Assembly: GCA_030834165.1 (NCBI GenBank)
Contig: JAURFU010000002.1
Coordinates: 58,609-122,608, forward strand
DNA length: 64,000 nt
Direction: 5' to 3'
Source of the DNA: Verrucomicrobiota bacterium
GTDB taxonomy: Bacteria > Verrucomicrobiota > Verrucomicrobiia > Opitutales > UBA953
This document shows positions 17,177 to 27,264 of this stretch, in pieces. Every line of letters starts with the position of its first letter. Positions within the stretch are counted from its first letter, which is position 1. The position numbers were made by a program, and so were the translations under genes. The notes under the pieces were generated by a model. It saw only the letters and a program-made list of their open reading frames with translations, searched no databases and had not been told where the DNA came from.

Positions 17177-18673
17177 ATGCGACTCCTCCTTTGCCTGCTC
17201 CTGGCCGCGACGGCGCACGCCGTCGGCCGACCGAACATCCTCTGGTTCGTGGTCGACGACATGTCGGCGAACTTCTCCTGCTACGGCGAGAAGACCATCG
17301 CCACCCCGAACGTCGACCGCCTGGCGAAGGAAGGCGTGCGCTTCTCCCGGGCCTACGTCACCGCGCCGGTCTGCTCGCCCTGCCGTTCGGCCTTGGTCAC
17401 CGGGATGTACCAGACGACCATCGGCGCCCATCACCATCGCAGCGGCCGCGGCGAACTGAAGATCGAACTGCCCGCCGAAGTCACCCCCACGCCGAAGCTC
17501 TTCCAGCAGGCAGGCTATCACACCTGCATCGGCAGCGGCCTGCCGGACCTCGATTACCGCGGGCTGCCCTTCGGCGCGGGCAAAGGCAAGAAGGGCAAGA
17601 ACGCCGCCGGCTCACGGCTGGGCAAGACCGACTATAACTTCGAGTGGGACCGCCGGATCTACGACTCCCATGACTGGGCCGACCGCAAGCCCGGCCAGCC
17701 TTTCTTCATGCAGGTCCAGCTCCACGGCGGCAAGCTGCGCGAAGGGGCCGAGGCCGCCCGCGTCCAGTTCCGCGAAAGGGCGAAGCGTGAACTCGGCGCC
17801 GGCACCGACCCGGCCAAGGTGACCCTGCCCCCTTATTACCCGCGCGACCCGGTCCTCCTGCAGGACTGGGCGGACTATCTCGACTCCGTCCGCCTGACCG
17901 ACCTCCATGTCGGCCGGGTGCTCGGACGTCTCGAGAAGGAGGGCCTGCTCGCCGACACGCTGATCATCTTCATGACCGACCACGGCATCAGCCACGCGCG
18001 GGGCAAGCAGTTCCTTTACCAGGAAGGGGCCCACATCCCGCTCGTCATGCGCGGCCCGGGACTGCCGGCCGGACAAGTACGGGCCGACCTCGTCGAGCAC
18101 ATCGACCTCGCCGCGGTCTCCCTGGCCGCCGCGGGCATCACCGTGCCCTCCTGGATGCAAGGCAAGGACGTGCTCGCGCCCGGCTACGCGAAGCGCGAGG
18201 AGGCGTTCTCCGCCCGCGACCGCTGCGACGAGACCACGGAGAAGATCCGCAGCCTGCGCACGGACAAGTTCATCTACGTCCGCAACTACCATCCCGAACG
18301 CCCCCACCTCCAGCCCTGCGCCTACAAGGACGGCAAACCGATCGTCCAGAAACTCCGCGAGCTCCACGCCTCCGGCAGCCTCGACCCGCTCGCCGAGAAA
18401 ATCCTCTTCAGCCCCACGAGGGCCAAGGAGGAGCTCTACGAACTCGCCACCGACCCGCATCAGATCCGCGACCTCGCCGGCGATCCGGCCTTCGCCTCCG
18501 TGCTGGAGGACCACCGCCGCCGGCTGGACGCCAAGCTGTCCGCCACCCGCGACCCCGGCCCCGAGAGCATGGCCATGTACGACAGCGACATGAAACCCTA
18601 CCTTGGCAAAGGCAATCCCGAGGTCGAACGCAACATCGCCCAGATGAAGAAATGGGCCGCCGAAGGAAAATAA
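17177..18673 (+). CDS. Secreted Cys-type sulfatase
   Basis: In-frame ATG 17177 gives [17 protein letters not shown] followed by [12 protein letters not shown] and [11 protein letters not shown] (C-x-P-x-R), plus MTDHG. Confidence 0.9.
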   Translation: MRLLLCLLLAATAHAVGRPNILWFVVDDMSANFSCYGEKTIATPNVDRLAKEGVRFSRAYVTAPVCSPCRSALVTGMYQTTIGAHHHRSGRGELKIELPAEVTPTPKLFQQAGYHTCIGSGLPDLDYRGLPFGAGKGKKGKNAAGSRLGKTDYNFEWDRRIYDSHDWADRKPGQPFFMQVQLHGGKLREGAEAARVQFRERAKRELGAGTDPAKVTLPPYYPRDPVLLQDWADYLDSVRLTDLHVGRVLGRLEKEGLLADTLIIFMTDHGISHARGKQFLYQEGAHIPLVMRGPGLPAGQVRADLVEHIDLAAVSLAAAGITVPSWMQGKDVLAPGYAKREEAFSARDRCDETTEKIRSLRTDKFIYVRNYHPERPHLQPCAYKDGKPIVQKLRELHASGSLDPLAEKILFSPTRAKEELYELATDPHQIRDLAGDPAFASVLEDHRRRLDAKLSATRDPGPESMAMYDSDMKPYLGKGNPEVERNIAQMKKWAAEGK

Positions 18674-18677
18674 ACCC

Positions 18678-19370
18678 ATGCGTTCCGTCCTCCTGACCCT
18701 CCTCGCCTTCACGGCCGTCGCCGCCGACCGCCCCGCGCCGGTCGAGACCGACAAACGCGTCCAGTCCGACGGCAAAGGCTGGCGCATCGAGAAGGCCGTC
18801 ATCAAGGACGCCAGGCTCCCGCGGGTGCTGCTCATCGGCGACTCGATCCTCAACGGCTACCAGGCCAAGGCCACCCGCCTGCTCGCCGGCAAGGCCAACG
18901 TCGACCTGTGGGTGAATCCCTACAACCAATCCGCGCACGTCAACAAGCTGCTCGGCGAAGTCCTGGACAATGGTCCCTACGACGTCGTCGTCTTCAACAT
19001 GGGCCTGCACGGCTGGCAGCCTGGCCGCATCAAGCCGGGTACTTTCGAGCCCCTGATGAAAGGCTACGTCGAGGTGCTGAAGACCAAGCTGCCCAAGGCC
19101 AAGCTCCTCTGGGCGAGCAGCACGCCCGTGACCGTCAAGGGCGCCCCCTCCGAGATCAATCAGGAGATCAACCCGAACATCGTCGAACAGAACCGCCTGG
19201 CCGCCAAGGTCATGGCGGAGATGGGCGTGCCGGTCGTCGACTTCTACGGACTGCTGGTCGAGAAGCGCGAACTCGCCCGCGGCGACATGTTCCACTGGAC
19301 CTCTCCGGCCTACGACCTGATCGCGCAGGCCGCCGTCGACGCCATCCTCCGCGAACTTTCCTCCAAGTGA
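18678..19370 (+). CDS. Secreted SGNH/GDSL-family hydrolase (esterase)
   Basis: It has a signal peptide, block [13 protein letters not shown] and the C-terminal D-x-x-H triad motif GDMFHW. It lies 4 nt after the upstream stop. Confidence 0.8.
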   Translation: MRSVLLTLLAFTAVAADRPAPVETDKRVQSDGKGWRIEKAVIKDARLPRVLLIGDSILNGYQAKATRLLAGKANVDLWVNPYNQSAHVNKLLGEVLDNGPYDVVVFNMGLHGWQPGRIKPGTFEPLMKGYVEVLKTKLPKAKLLWASSTPVTVKGAPSEINQEINPNIVEQNRLAAKVMAEMGVPVVDFYGLLVEKRELARGDMFHWTSPAYDLIAQAAVDAILRELSSK

Positions 19371-19371
19371 C

Positions 19372-21432
19372 ATGCGCCCCCTGCTCTGCCTGCTCTTCGC
19401 GCTGACGGCCGTCGCCGCCGAACGCCCCAACATCGTGGTCATCCTCGCCGACGACCACGGCTACGGCAGCGCCGGCTGCTACGGCGCCGACCCTAAGCTC
19501 ATCCGGACGCCGGCGATCGACCGGCTGGCCGCCGAGGGGCGACGCTTCACCGACGGCAACACGACTTCCTCCGTCTGCTCGCCGACCCGCTATTCCCTGC
19601 TCACCGGACGTTACTGCTGGCGGACCACGCTGACCCACGAGGTGCTCGGCACCTTCTCGCCCCTCCATATCGAACCGGGTCGCGTCAACCTGGCCTCCCT
19701 CCTCAAGGCCAAGGGTTACGCCACGGCCGCCGTCGGCAAGTGGCACCTCGGCTACGGCAAGGAGAGCGAAGACCCGAAGTGGCGCACCGACTACACCGCC
19801 GAACTCTCTCCGGGCCCTTTTGAGATCGGTTTCGACTATCATTTCGGAGTGCCCGCGAACCACGGCGACCTCACCGGCGTCTACGTCGAAAACCGCTTCG
19901 TCTACGGCCTCCGCGGCGGCAAGATCCCCGCGGGGATGAAGCTCGCCGGGCCCGCCGCCGACAGCGACGACTATCAGGCGGCCTACGGTCCGGAGGACAC
20001 CGAGAACGGGAAGTCCAGGATCCTCGACCTCGACGCCCCCCGCCGGAAGAACGTCCGCGTGATGAAGGTCATCACCGACAAAGCCACCGCCTGGCTGGAA
20101 GCGCAGCCCAAGGACCGGCCTTTCTTCCTCTACTTCACGCCGGTCGCGGTGCACAACCCCGTGACTCCCGACAAGGAGCTGGCCGGAAGCAGCGCCGCCG
20201 GCGCCTATGGCGACTGGATCCACGAACTCGACGCGAGCGTCGGACGCATCCTGGCGACCCTCGACAGGATGGGGGCGACCAAGGACACCCTGGTCCTCTT
20301 CACTTCCGACAACGGCGGCGTCTTCAAGCCCGAGAACGAACGCCTGCTGCAGACGGCCGCCTTCAAGGCCGGCCTCAAGGTCAACGGCGCCGTCCGCGGC
20401 GGCAAGCACGACGTCTGGGAGGGCGGCTTCAAGGTCCCCTTCATCGCCCGTTGGCCCGGCAAGGTGCCGGCCGGCTCCACGGCTCCTCAGATGGTCAGCG
20501 TCGTCGACATCCTGGCGACCACGGCGGAGATCGTGGGCGCGCCGCTGCCCGCCAAGGAGGCCGGAGCCGAAGACAGCCGCAGTTTCCTCCCCGCGCTCAT
20601 CCCCGGCGCCGCTGAAGCCAAAGGGCGCGAGGACATGATCGTCCATAGCGCCGACGGCGTCTTCGCGCTCCGCAAGGGGCGATGGAAATGGATCGAAGGG
20701 GTTCCGGTGGACGAAATCGCGGACGGCGCGCGCAAAGCCCGCAGGACGCAGCATCGCTCGCAGCTCTACGACCTCGTCGCCGACCCGGCCGAGACCAAGG
20801 ACGTCTCCGCCGAGCACCCGGATGTCGTGGCCGAACTCAAGGACCTCCTGCGTCGGTATCGCGACGGCGGCTTCAGCCGCGAGCTGCCCGCCGCCGACGT
20901 GAAGCCCCTCCGCCCCGGCGTCGCCACCCTGCCTGACCTGACCGGCAAGGCCGAAGCCCTCTCTCCGCTGGCCTCGGCGGGAGAGTGGACCGCCCGCGAG
21001 GGCGGACTCTTCGCGCAGCCCAAGGGCGGTCAGGAGAAGCCGGCGTCCCTACGTTCGTCCGTGGCGCTGGGCGACGGCGTCTTCGACTGTGAAGTCAACC
21101 TGCAGGGCGCGAACCGCGTCTCGCTGCGTTTCGGCGCGGGCGACGCCGGCTTCCGCCTCGTCGTCTCCCGAGCGGCCGCGATCCTCACGAAGAACCCCTC
21201 CAAGGGCGAACCGGCCACCGCGACCGAAGACCTCGCCAAGAGGAACCTGAAGCTGGCCGCCGGCCAGTGGTATCCCGTCCGGCTGACGTTCAAGGGCGAC
21301 GAGGTCACCGTCCAGGTCAACGACCAGACCTTCAAAGGGCGGCATCCCAGCATCGGCCAAGCCAAGACGTCCGTCGACCTGCTGGTCTTCGGGGCTTCGG
21401 CCGGATTCCGCCAGGTCCGCGTCGCCCGCTGA
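19372..21432 (+). CDS. Secreted Cys-type sulfatase fused to a C-terminal DUF1080/LamG-like domain
   Basis: It has a signal peptide, PNIVVILADDHGYG, CSPTRYSLLTGR, GKWHLG and TSDNGG. The last ~180 aa (from ~nt 20870) are EWTAREGGLFAQPKG...WYPVRLTFKGDEVTVQVND...FRQVRVAR, a concanavalin-like pattern. Confidence 0.85.
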   Translation: MRPLLCLLFALTAVAAERPNIVVILADDHGYGSAGCYGADPKLIRTPAIDRLAAEGRRFTDGNTTSSVCSPTRYSLLTGRYCWRTTLTHEVLGTFSPLHIEPGRVNLASLLKAKGYATAAVGKWHLGYGKESEDPKWRTDYTAELSPGPFEIGFDYHFGVPANHGDLTGVYVENRFVYGLRGGKIPAGMKLAGPAADSDDYQAAYGPEDTENGKSRILDLDAPRRKNVRVMKVITDKATAWLEAQPKDRPFFLYFTPVAVHNPVTPDKELAGSSAAGAYGDWIHELDASVGRILATLDRMGATKDTLVLFTSDNGGVFKPENERLLQTAAFKAGLKVNGAVRGGKHDVWEGGFKVPFIARWPGKVPAGSTAPQMVSVVDILATTAEIVGAPLPAKEAGAEDSRSFLPALIPGAAEAKGREDMIVHSADGVFALRKGRWKWIEGVPVDEIADGARKARRTQHRSQLYDLVADPAETKDVSAEHPDVVAELKDLLRRYRDGGFSRELPAADVKPLRPGVATLPDLTGKAEALSPLASAGEWTAREGGLFAQPKGGQEKPASLRSSVALGDGVFDCEVNLQGANRVSLRFGAGDAGFRLVVSRAAAILTKNPSKGEPATATEDLAKRNLKLAAGQWYPVRLTFKGDEVTVQVNDQTFKGRHPSIGQAKTSVDLLVFGASAGFRQVRVAR

Positions 21433-21436
21433 CTCC

Positions 21437-22636
21437 ATGCGAAACCTGCTCCTCGCCTTCCTCGCCCTCACCCTGGCCGCCGATCCGGCCGCGGACCGTA
21501 AGGTCGTGCTCGGGCTCGTCGACGTCTGCGCCCAGGCCCCCAAGGTCCACGAAGCCGAGGGCTTCAAGCCCGAGGGGACGGTCCGCGCCATCTTCTATGA
21601 CGCCCTGCCCTGGCAAGGTAAGCCGACGCGCGTCTTCGCGTGGATCGGCCTGCCCGCCCGCCGCACCGGCAAGGTCCCGGGCATCGTGGTCGTCCATGGG
21701 GGCGGCGGCACGGCCTTCAAGGAGTGGGTCCAGAAATGGAACGACCAAGGCTTCGCGGCCATCAGCATAGCGGTCGAAGGCCAGACCGACGTGAACGAGA
21801 ACAAGGCGAAAGGCCGTCCCACCTGGGCCCGTCATGCGTTCTCCGGTCCGGCGCGCGACGGCACGTTCGCCGACACGAAGCTCCCGCTGAAGGAACAGTG
21901 GATGTATCACGCCTTGGCCGAAACCATGCTGGCGCACTCGCTGCTGCGCTCGCTCCCGGAGGTCGACGCCTCGAAGATCGGCGTGATGGGCATCTCCTGG
22001 GGCGGCGTCATCACGAGCACGGTCATCGGCCTCGACGAGCGCTTCGCCTTCGGCATCCCGACCTACGGTTGCGGACATCTCTTCGACGCCGAGAACCATT
22101 GGGGCCGGGCGCTGCACGACAACGAAGGCTACATCAAGACCTGGGACGGCATGAACTACGCCGAGCGGGTGAAGATGCCGGTGCTCTGGCTCTCCTGGCC
22201 GCAGGACGCCCACTTCCCGCTGGGTTGCCAGGCCGAACACTACCGCAAGACCCCTGGCCCTCGCATGGTCTCGCTCATCACGAAGATGGGCCACAGCCAC
22301 CCCGCCGGCTGGAACCCGCCCGACAGCTACGCCTTCGCGAAAAGCGTCGTTGAGACCGGCAAGCCTTGGGGCAACTCCCCCTCGGCCACGACGAAGGACG
22401 GATACGCGATCGCGGTCTTCCACTCCGCGAAGCCGATCACCAAGGCCGTGCTCGTCTCGACGACCGACCGAGGCTTCACGGGCGCGCGCAAGTGGGTCGA
22501 GACCCCGGCCGCGGCCGCCAGCGGAGGCGGCGGCACCACGGCCTCCGCGCCGCTGCCTCCGGGCACGACGGCCTGGTATGTCAACGCCTACGCCGGCGCG
22601 CTCACCCTCACCTCCGACTATCAGGAAATCAAATGA
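21437..22636 (+). CDS. Secreted alpha/beta hydrolase (acetyl esterase / dienelactone hydrolase-like)
   Basis: It has a signal peptide, VVVHGGGGTAF and the nucleophile elbow GISWGG (G-x-S-x-G). Confidence 0.7.
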   Translation: MRNLLLAFLALTLAADPAADRKVVLGLVDVCAQAPKVHEAEGFKPEGTVRAIFYDALPWQGKPTRVFAWIGLPARRTGKVPGIVVVHGGGGTAFKEWVQKWNDQGFAAISIAVEGQTDVNENKAKGRPTWARHAFSGPARDGTFADTKLPLKEQWMYHALAETMLAHSLLRSLPEVDASKIGVMGISWGGVITSTVIGLDERFAFGIPTYGCGHLFDAENHWGRALHDNEGYIKTWDGMNYAERVKMPVLWLSWPQDAHFPLGCQAEHYRKTPGPRMVSLITKMGHSHPAGWNPPDSYAFAKSVVETGKPWGNSPSATTKDGYAIAVFHSAKPITKAVLVSTTDRGFTGARKWVETPAAAASGGGGTTASAPLPPGTTAWYVNAYAGALTLTSDYQEIK

Positions 22637-24204
22637 GCCGCGCCCTGCTCCTCCTGCTCCTGCCGCTCGCCGTCCTCGCGGCCGACGCGAAGAAGCCCAA
22701 CCTCCTCATCATCCTGGCCGACGACCTAGGCTATGGCGACGTCCAGGCCTACAACCCGACGCGCGGCCGGATACCGACCCCGCACCTCGACAGGCTCGCC
22801 GCCGAGGGCATGCGGTTCACCGACGGACATTCGTCCTCCGGCGTGTGCTCGCCGTCGCGCTACACCCTGCTGACGGGCCGCTACCACTGGCGCACCCGCC
22901 TGCAGACCGGCATCGTCCCCCTGTGGGGTGCCCCGCTCATCGCGCCGGACCGCATGACCATCGGCACGCTGGCTAAGCAACACGGCTACCGCACCGCCGC
23001 CATCGGCAAATGGCATCTCGGCTGGGATTGGCCGATCCCTCCGGAGCGGGCGGACTCCTTCAAAGAGAAGCCCAAAGGCGCGGCGACCGCGACCGGCGCG
23101 CACCGCGCCGTCTGGCAGGAAGTCTTCGCCCGCCCCATCGGCGGAGGCCCGGTCACCCGCGGCTTCGATACGTACTTCGGGACCGACGTACCCAACCACC
23201 CGCCGTTCTGCTTCATCGAGAACGACCGCACCGTCGGCATCCCCTCCGAGTTCCTGGCCGCGCGCCTCGTCGGCAACAACCAGGCCAGCATCCAAGGGCC
23301 CGCGTTGGCCGGCTGGACGCTTGAGCCGATCCTTCCTGCGCTCGGCGACCGCGCCGCCGCGTTCATCACCGAATCCGCGAAGAAGCCGGAACCCTTCCTG
23401 CTTTATCTCCCGCTGACCTCGCCGCACACGCCGCTTTCGGTCAACGAGGAGTGGAAAGGCAGAAGCGGGCTGAACCTCTATGCCGATTTCGTCATGGAAA
23501 CGGATGCCCTCGTAGGACGCGTCCTGGCCGCCTTGGCGGCGAGCGGCGCCGCCGACAATACGCTCGTCCTGCTCACCGCTGACAACGGCTGCGCGCCCTA
23601 CGTCGGCATCCCGGATCTGGAGAAGATGGGTCATTACCCGAGCGGCCCGCTGCGCGGCGCCAAGGCCGACGCCTGGGAAGGCGGACATCGCGTGCCTTTC
23701 ATCGTGCGCTGGCCTGGCAAGGTGAAGGCCGGCAGCGTCTGCGACCAGTTCGTGCAGCAGTCCGACCTGATGGCTACGTTTGCCGCGATCCTCGGCGCCC
23801 GCCTGCCGGCCGACGCCGGCGAGGACAGCATCAGCCTGCTCCCGCTGCTGGAGGGGGCCGACCGGCCCGTCCGGCTGAACGGCGTCAGCGCCTCGATCGG
23901 CGGCGTCCCCGCCCTGCGGCATGGGTCTTGGAAATACATCCCGGCTCCCGGTTCCGGCGGCTGGGGCAAAGGCGGCGACCCATCGCAGCCCGTGCAGCTC
24001 TACGACCTCGCGAACGACGTCGGCGAGACGAAGAACCTCGCGGCCGCGATGCCGGAGAAAGTGGCCGAGATGAAAGCCCTGCTCGAGAAACTCATCGCCG
24101 ACGGACGCAGCACGCCGGGCGAACCCCAGAAGAACGACGTCGCGGTCGTCCGCTTCCCCAAACCTGCCACGCCGAAAACCAAGGCGGGCAAGAAGACCAA
24201 ATAA
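22633..24204 (+). CDS. Secreted Cys-type sulfatase
   Basis: ATG 22633 overlaps the upstream TGA as ATGA and is in frame within track ORF 22366..24204. It has MSRALLLLLLPLAVLAA, PNLLIILADDLGYGD, CSPSRYTLLTGR, GKWHLG and TADNG. It ends in a Lys-rich tail KPATPKTKAGKKTK. Confidence 0.9.
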   Translation: MSRALLLLLLPLAVLAADAKKPNLLIILADDLGYGDVQAYNPTRGRIPTPHLDRLAAEGMRFTDGHSSSGVCSPSRYTLLTGRYHWRTRLQTGIVPLWGAPLIAPDRMTIGTLAKQHGYRTAAIGKWHLGWDWPIPPERADSFKEKPKGAATATGAHRAVWQEVFARPIGGGPVTRGFDTYFGTDVPNHPPFCFIENDRTVGIPSEFLAARLVGNNQASIQGPALAGWTLEPILPALGDRAAAFITESAKKPEPFLLYLPLTSPHTPLSVNEEWKGRSGLNLYADFVMETDALVGRVLAALAASGAADNTLVLLTADNGCAPYVGIPDLEKMGHYPSGPLRGAKADAWEGGHRVPFIVRWPGKVKAGSVCDQFVQQSDLMATFAAILGARLPADAGEDSISLLPLLEGADRPVRLNGVSASIGGVPALRHGSWKYIPAPGSGGWGKGGDPSQPVQLYDLANDVGETKNLAAAMPEKVAEMKALLEKLIADGRSTPGEPQKNDVAVVRFPKPATPKTKAGKKTK

Positions 24205-24214
24205 CCCCCTTCCC

Positions 24215-25525
24215 ATGCGCCTGCTCTCCTTCTTCGCCCTCACCCTCTCCGCCTGGGCCGCCGACCCGAGCCACTATGCCCTCCCGGCGCCCGAAGCCGA
24301 AGCCGGCCTCCCCGGGGAAGGCGCGCTGCGACGCTATGACGGCTACGTGAAGCGCTGGAACACCATCCGTCCGCAGTGGGCGGGCGACGCCGCCAAGGAC
24401 CAAGGCGCGACGGTGTTCTTCGGCGACTCGATCACCCAGGGCTGGGGCACGGACTTCAAGCAGGCCTTCCCCGGCATGAAGCTCGCCAACCGTGGCATCG
24501 GCGGCGACACCACCCGCGGCATGCTGCTCCGGCTCAAGGAAGACGTACTCGCGCTCAACCCGAAGGCCGTCGTGCTCCTGATGGGGACGAATGACATCGA
24601 GGTCGAGGTGCCGGTCGACGCCATCGGCCGCAACTTCCAGAAGATCATCGCGGCCCTGAAGGCGCATGACCCGAAGATGCCCGTCATCGTCTGCCGCATC
24701 TTCCCTAGCTCGGCCACGAAGAAGCGCCCGAAGGAGACCATCCTCGCCGTCAACGAACTCTTCGCCGCCGCGGTGAAGGGCGACGCCCAGTTCACGGTGC
24801 TCGACACCTACGCCCTCTTCGCGGACGGCGAAGGCGACGCCCTGCCCGCCCTCTTCCCCGACCTGCTCCACCTCAACGCCGCCGGTTATGCCAAGTGGGC
24901 GTCGGCCCTGCGCCCGCTCTTCGCGACGCTCGGTCATCTCGACAACCAGGCCGACGACTTCAAGCCTGAGGAAGGCTTCGTGAGCCTCTTCAACGGCAAG
25001 GATCTGACCGGCTGGGGCTACCGCGCCACGCCTCCCCGCAAAGGCGCGCCCAAGCCCGGCGCGCCGTTGTTCGTGGAAGTAAAGGGCGACCAATCTTTCG
25101 ACGGCCGGATCGAGAGCGCCGACGGACGTTACCGCGCCATCAACGGACGCCTCGTGATCACCACCCCCGCCGAAGGCCGCCGCATCCAGGCGCTCTGGAC
25201 CACCCGCGAGTTCCCCGAGGACTTCGAACTGCGTCTCGAATTCCGCGCCACCCCCAACGCCGACAGCGGTGTCTACCTGCGCAAGCCCCAGCTCCAGTGC
25301 CGCGACTTCCTCGTCGCCGGCCCCTACAAGGACCTCAAGCGGTACAAGCCTCAGGACTGGAACGAACTCGTCGTCGTCGTGAAGGACGGCGTCGCACACG
25401 CCACCTGCAACGGCGAAGTCCTGGAGGCCGCGCTGAAGCTACCCGAGAACGGTCCGATCGGACTCGAAGGCGACCGCGGGCAGATGGAATACCGACGACT
25501 CCGGATTAAGACGCTCGCCAAGTAA
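24215..25525 (+). CDS. Secreted SGNH/GDSL esterase fused to a C-terminal DUF1080 (3-keto-disaccharide-hydrolase-family) domain
   Basis: The N-terminal half has FFGDSITQGWG, GIGGDTT, MGTNDI and DLLHLN (SGNH blocks I-III and V). The C-terminal half has FVSLFNGKDLTGWGY...DFELRLEFR...NADSGVYLR...WNELVVVVKDG...GPIGLEGDRGQMEYRRLRIK (DUF1080 pattern). Confidence 0.85.
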   Translation: MRLLSFFALTLSAWAADPSHYALPAPEAEAGLPGEGALRRYDGYVKRWNTIRPQWAGDAAKDQGATVFFGDSITQGWGTDFKQAFPGMKLANRGIGGDTTRGMLLRLKEDVLALNPKAVVLLMGTNDIEVEVPVDAIGRNFQKIIAALKAHDPKMPVIVCRIFPSSATKKRPKETILAVNELFAAAVKGDAQFTVLDTYALFADGEGDALPALFPDLLHLNAAGYAKWASALRPLFATLGHLDNQADDFKPEEGFVSLFNGKDLTGWGYRATPPRKGAPKPGAPLFVEVKGDQSFDGRIESADGRYRAINGRLVITTPAEGRRIQALWTTREFPEDFELRLEFRATPNADSGVYLRKPQLQCRDFLVAGPYKDLKRYKPQDWNELVVVVKDGVAHATCNGEVLEAALKLPENGPIGLEGDRGQMEYRRLRIKTLAK

Positions 25526-25529
25526 AAGC

Positions 25530-25643
25530 CCTCAGCCAAAGGGGTCAGGCCGTACCCACGCATTGAGTGAACCGAAACTCGCCACTTTGAAGCGATTTTA
25601 GGTTCAGGAGCACCAAGGTACGGCCTGACCCCTTTGGCTGAGG
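25530..25643. repeat. Perfect 27-bp inverted repeat with 60-nt spacer (long hairpin / MITE-like element)
   Basis: CCTCAGCCAAAGGGGTCAGGCCGTACC at 25530-25556 is the exact reverse complement of 25617-25643. It begins 5 nt after the stop of 24215..25525. The arm contains the GGGGTCAG seed shared with the hairpins at 17098 and 36632. Confidence 0.85.
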
Positions 25644-25748
25644 TGTTCTCCGTTACACGCTCGCCCGCTGAGCCAGTTTCCGACTGACTGCGGTGGATAG
25701 CCGCCAAGCACCCACCAACCAAGAAGCCCGCTTTCAAATAACCTTATC

Positions 25749-27248
25749 ATGAAGCTCACTTTTATTTTCCTCACCACCCTACTGCTCGCGTCGTCGGCCG
25801 CACTGCAGAGTGCCGAAGGACCGGCGCAGAAGCCCAATATTATCTTCATCCTGACGGACGACCAAGGCTACGGGGATCTGGGACGGCACGGGCACCCTTT
25901 GCTCAAGACGCCGAACCTTGATGCGCTGCATGACCAGAGCGTGCGCTTCGAGCAATTTTATGTGAGCCCGTCCTGTTCGCCCACGCGCGCAGCGCTCCTG
26001 ACGGGCATGCATGAGTTCCGCAACGGGGTCACGCATACCACCCTGCCCAGGGAGCACCTGAACAAGGACGCCGTCCTCCTGCCCCAGCTGCTGAAGTCCA
26101 CCGGCTATCGCACGGGTTTCGTCGGTAAATGGCACCTGGGCGGAGAAGGAGCGTATGCGCCGGATAAGCGAGGTTTCGACTGGTGCTCCACCAACGTCGG
26201 CGGCCCGAACGTCCACTTCGATCCGGCCATCGTCCGCAACGGCAAGCGCGCGCCGCGGAAAGGTTATCGGGAGGACATCTTCTTCGACGAAGCCATGGCG
26301 TTCATGGATGAGTCCAAGGACACCCCGTTCTTCTGCTATCTCGCCACCTATTCGCCCCACGCGCCCCTGGCCGCCCCCGAGGAATTCGAGGCCCCCTTCC
26401 GCGGCAAGGTGGACAAAGAAGAAGCCGCCTATCTCGGCATGGTCGCTAATCTCGACCATAACCTCGGACGGCTGATGCAGCATCTCAGGGAGCGTAAATT
26501 GGAGGACAACACGATCCTCGTCTTCATGAACGATAACGGCCAGACGCATGGTCTGGATGTCTTCAACGCCGGCATGAGAGGCAGCAAATGCACCATCTGG
26601 CAGGGCGGCTCACGGGCGATTTCCTTCTGGAAGTGGGCGGGTAAGTGGGCGCCGCACAAGGTCGGCAATCTGACGGCCCATCTCGACGTGCTGCCGACGC
26701 TCTGCGACCTCGCCGGCGCGACCATCCCGCCCCAGCTCAGTGCGAAACTCGAAGGCTTCACGCTCCGACCGCACCTCGAATCCACGCAGCCGATACAGTG
26801 GAACGAAGATCGTTTGCTGTTCCATCACGTCGGCCGCTGGCCCAGCGGCCTAGCGGCCGCGCATAAATATGCGATGGCCTCCGTGCAGACGGGCGACCTT
26901 CTCCTCGTACGCAGCCGTCCGTGCGATGACCCTGCCTGCAAAACCTACTCGAGCCAGTGCACCACCCTGCGTTCCGTCGAAGCGGGCGCCACCGCGGCGA
27001 CTTACACCAAAGCCGACGCGCAGTTCCACTGGGGCGTCACGCCGCCCGGACGCTGGTCGCTGTTCGACCTGAAGAAGGATCCGGCCTGCCGGAACGACCT
27101 CTCGACCGAACGGCCGGAACTGACCGCCAAGCTCGCTGCGTCTTACGACCAATGGTGGGACTCGCTCTACCCCACAATGATTCAACTCGGCGGCGACAAG
27201 GGTGAACCCGAGCTGCTCAGCAAGGGCCGAGCCAAAAAGCAGAAGTGA
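25749..27248 (+). CDS. Secreted Cys-type sulfatase (lower-GC block)
   Basis: It has a signal peptide, PNIIFILTDDQGYGD, CSPTRAALLTGM, GKWHLG and MNDNG. It ends in RAKKQK. Confidence 0.9.
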   Translation: MKLTFIFLTTLLLASSAALQSAEGPAQKPNIIFILTDDQGYGDLGRHGHPLLKTPNLDALHDQSVRFEQFYVSPSCSPTRAALLTGMHEFRNGVTHTTLPREHLNKDAVLLPQLLKSTGYRTGFVGKWHLGGEGAYAPDKRGFDWCSTNVGGPNVHFDPAIVRNGKRAPRKGYREDIFFDEAMAFMDESKDTPFFCYLATYSPHAPLAAPEEFEAPFRGKVDKEEAAYLGMVANLDHNLGRLMQHLRERKLEDNTILVFMNDNGQTHGLDVFNAGMRGSKCTIWQGGSRAISFWKWAGKWAPHKVGNLTAHLDVLPTLCDLAGATIPPQLSAKLEGFTLRPHLESTQPIQWNEDRLLFHHVGRWPSGLAAAHKYAMASVQTGDLLLVRSRPCDDPACKTYSSQCTTLRSVEAGATAATYTKADAQFHWGVTPPGRWSLFDLKKDPACRNDLSTERPELTAKLAASYDQWWDSLYPTMIQLGGDKGEPELLSKGRAKKQK

Positions 27249-27264
27249 ATCCCCGGACCAGACC

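Noticed and set aside
17095-17637. ORF starting inside the hairpin repeat ([13 protein letters not shown]...).
   Set aside because: Its N-terminus is just the translated palindrome, and it runs out of frame through the well-supported sulfatase gene 17177..18673.
25530-25643. Calling the inverted-repeat elements (25530, 7217, 49321) mobile elements or MITEs.
   Set aside because: There is no transposase or integrase in the window, no clear target-site duplication at the element ends, and only one copy of each in the window. They are reported as repeats only.
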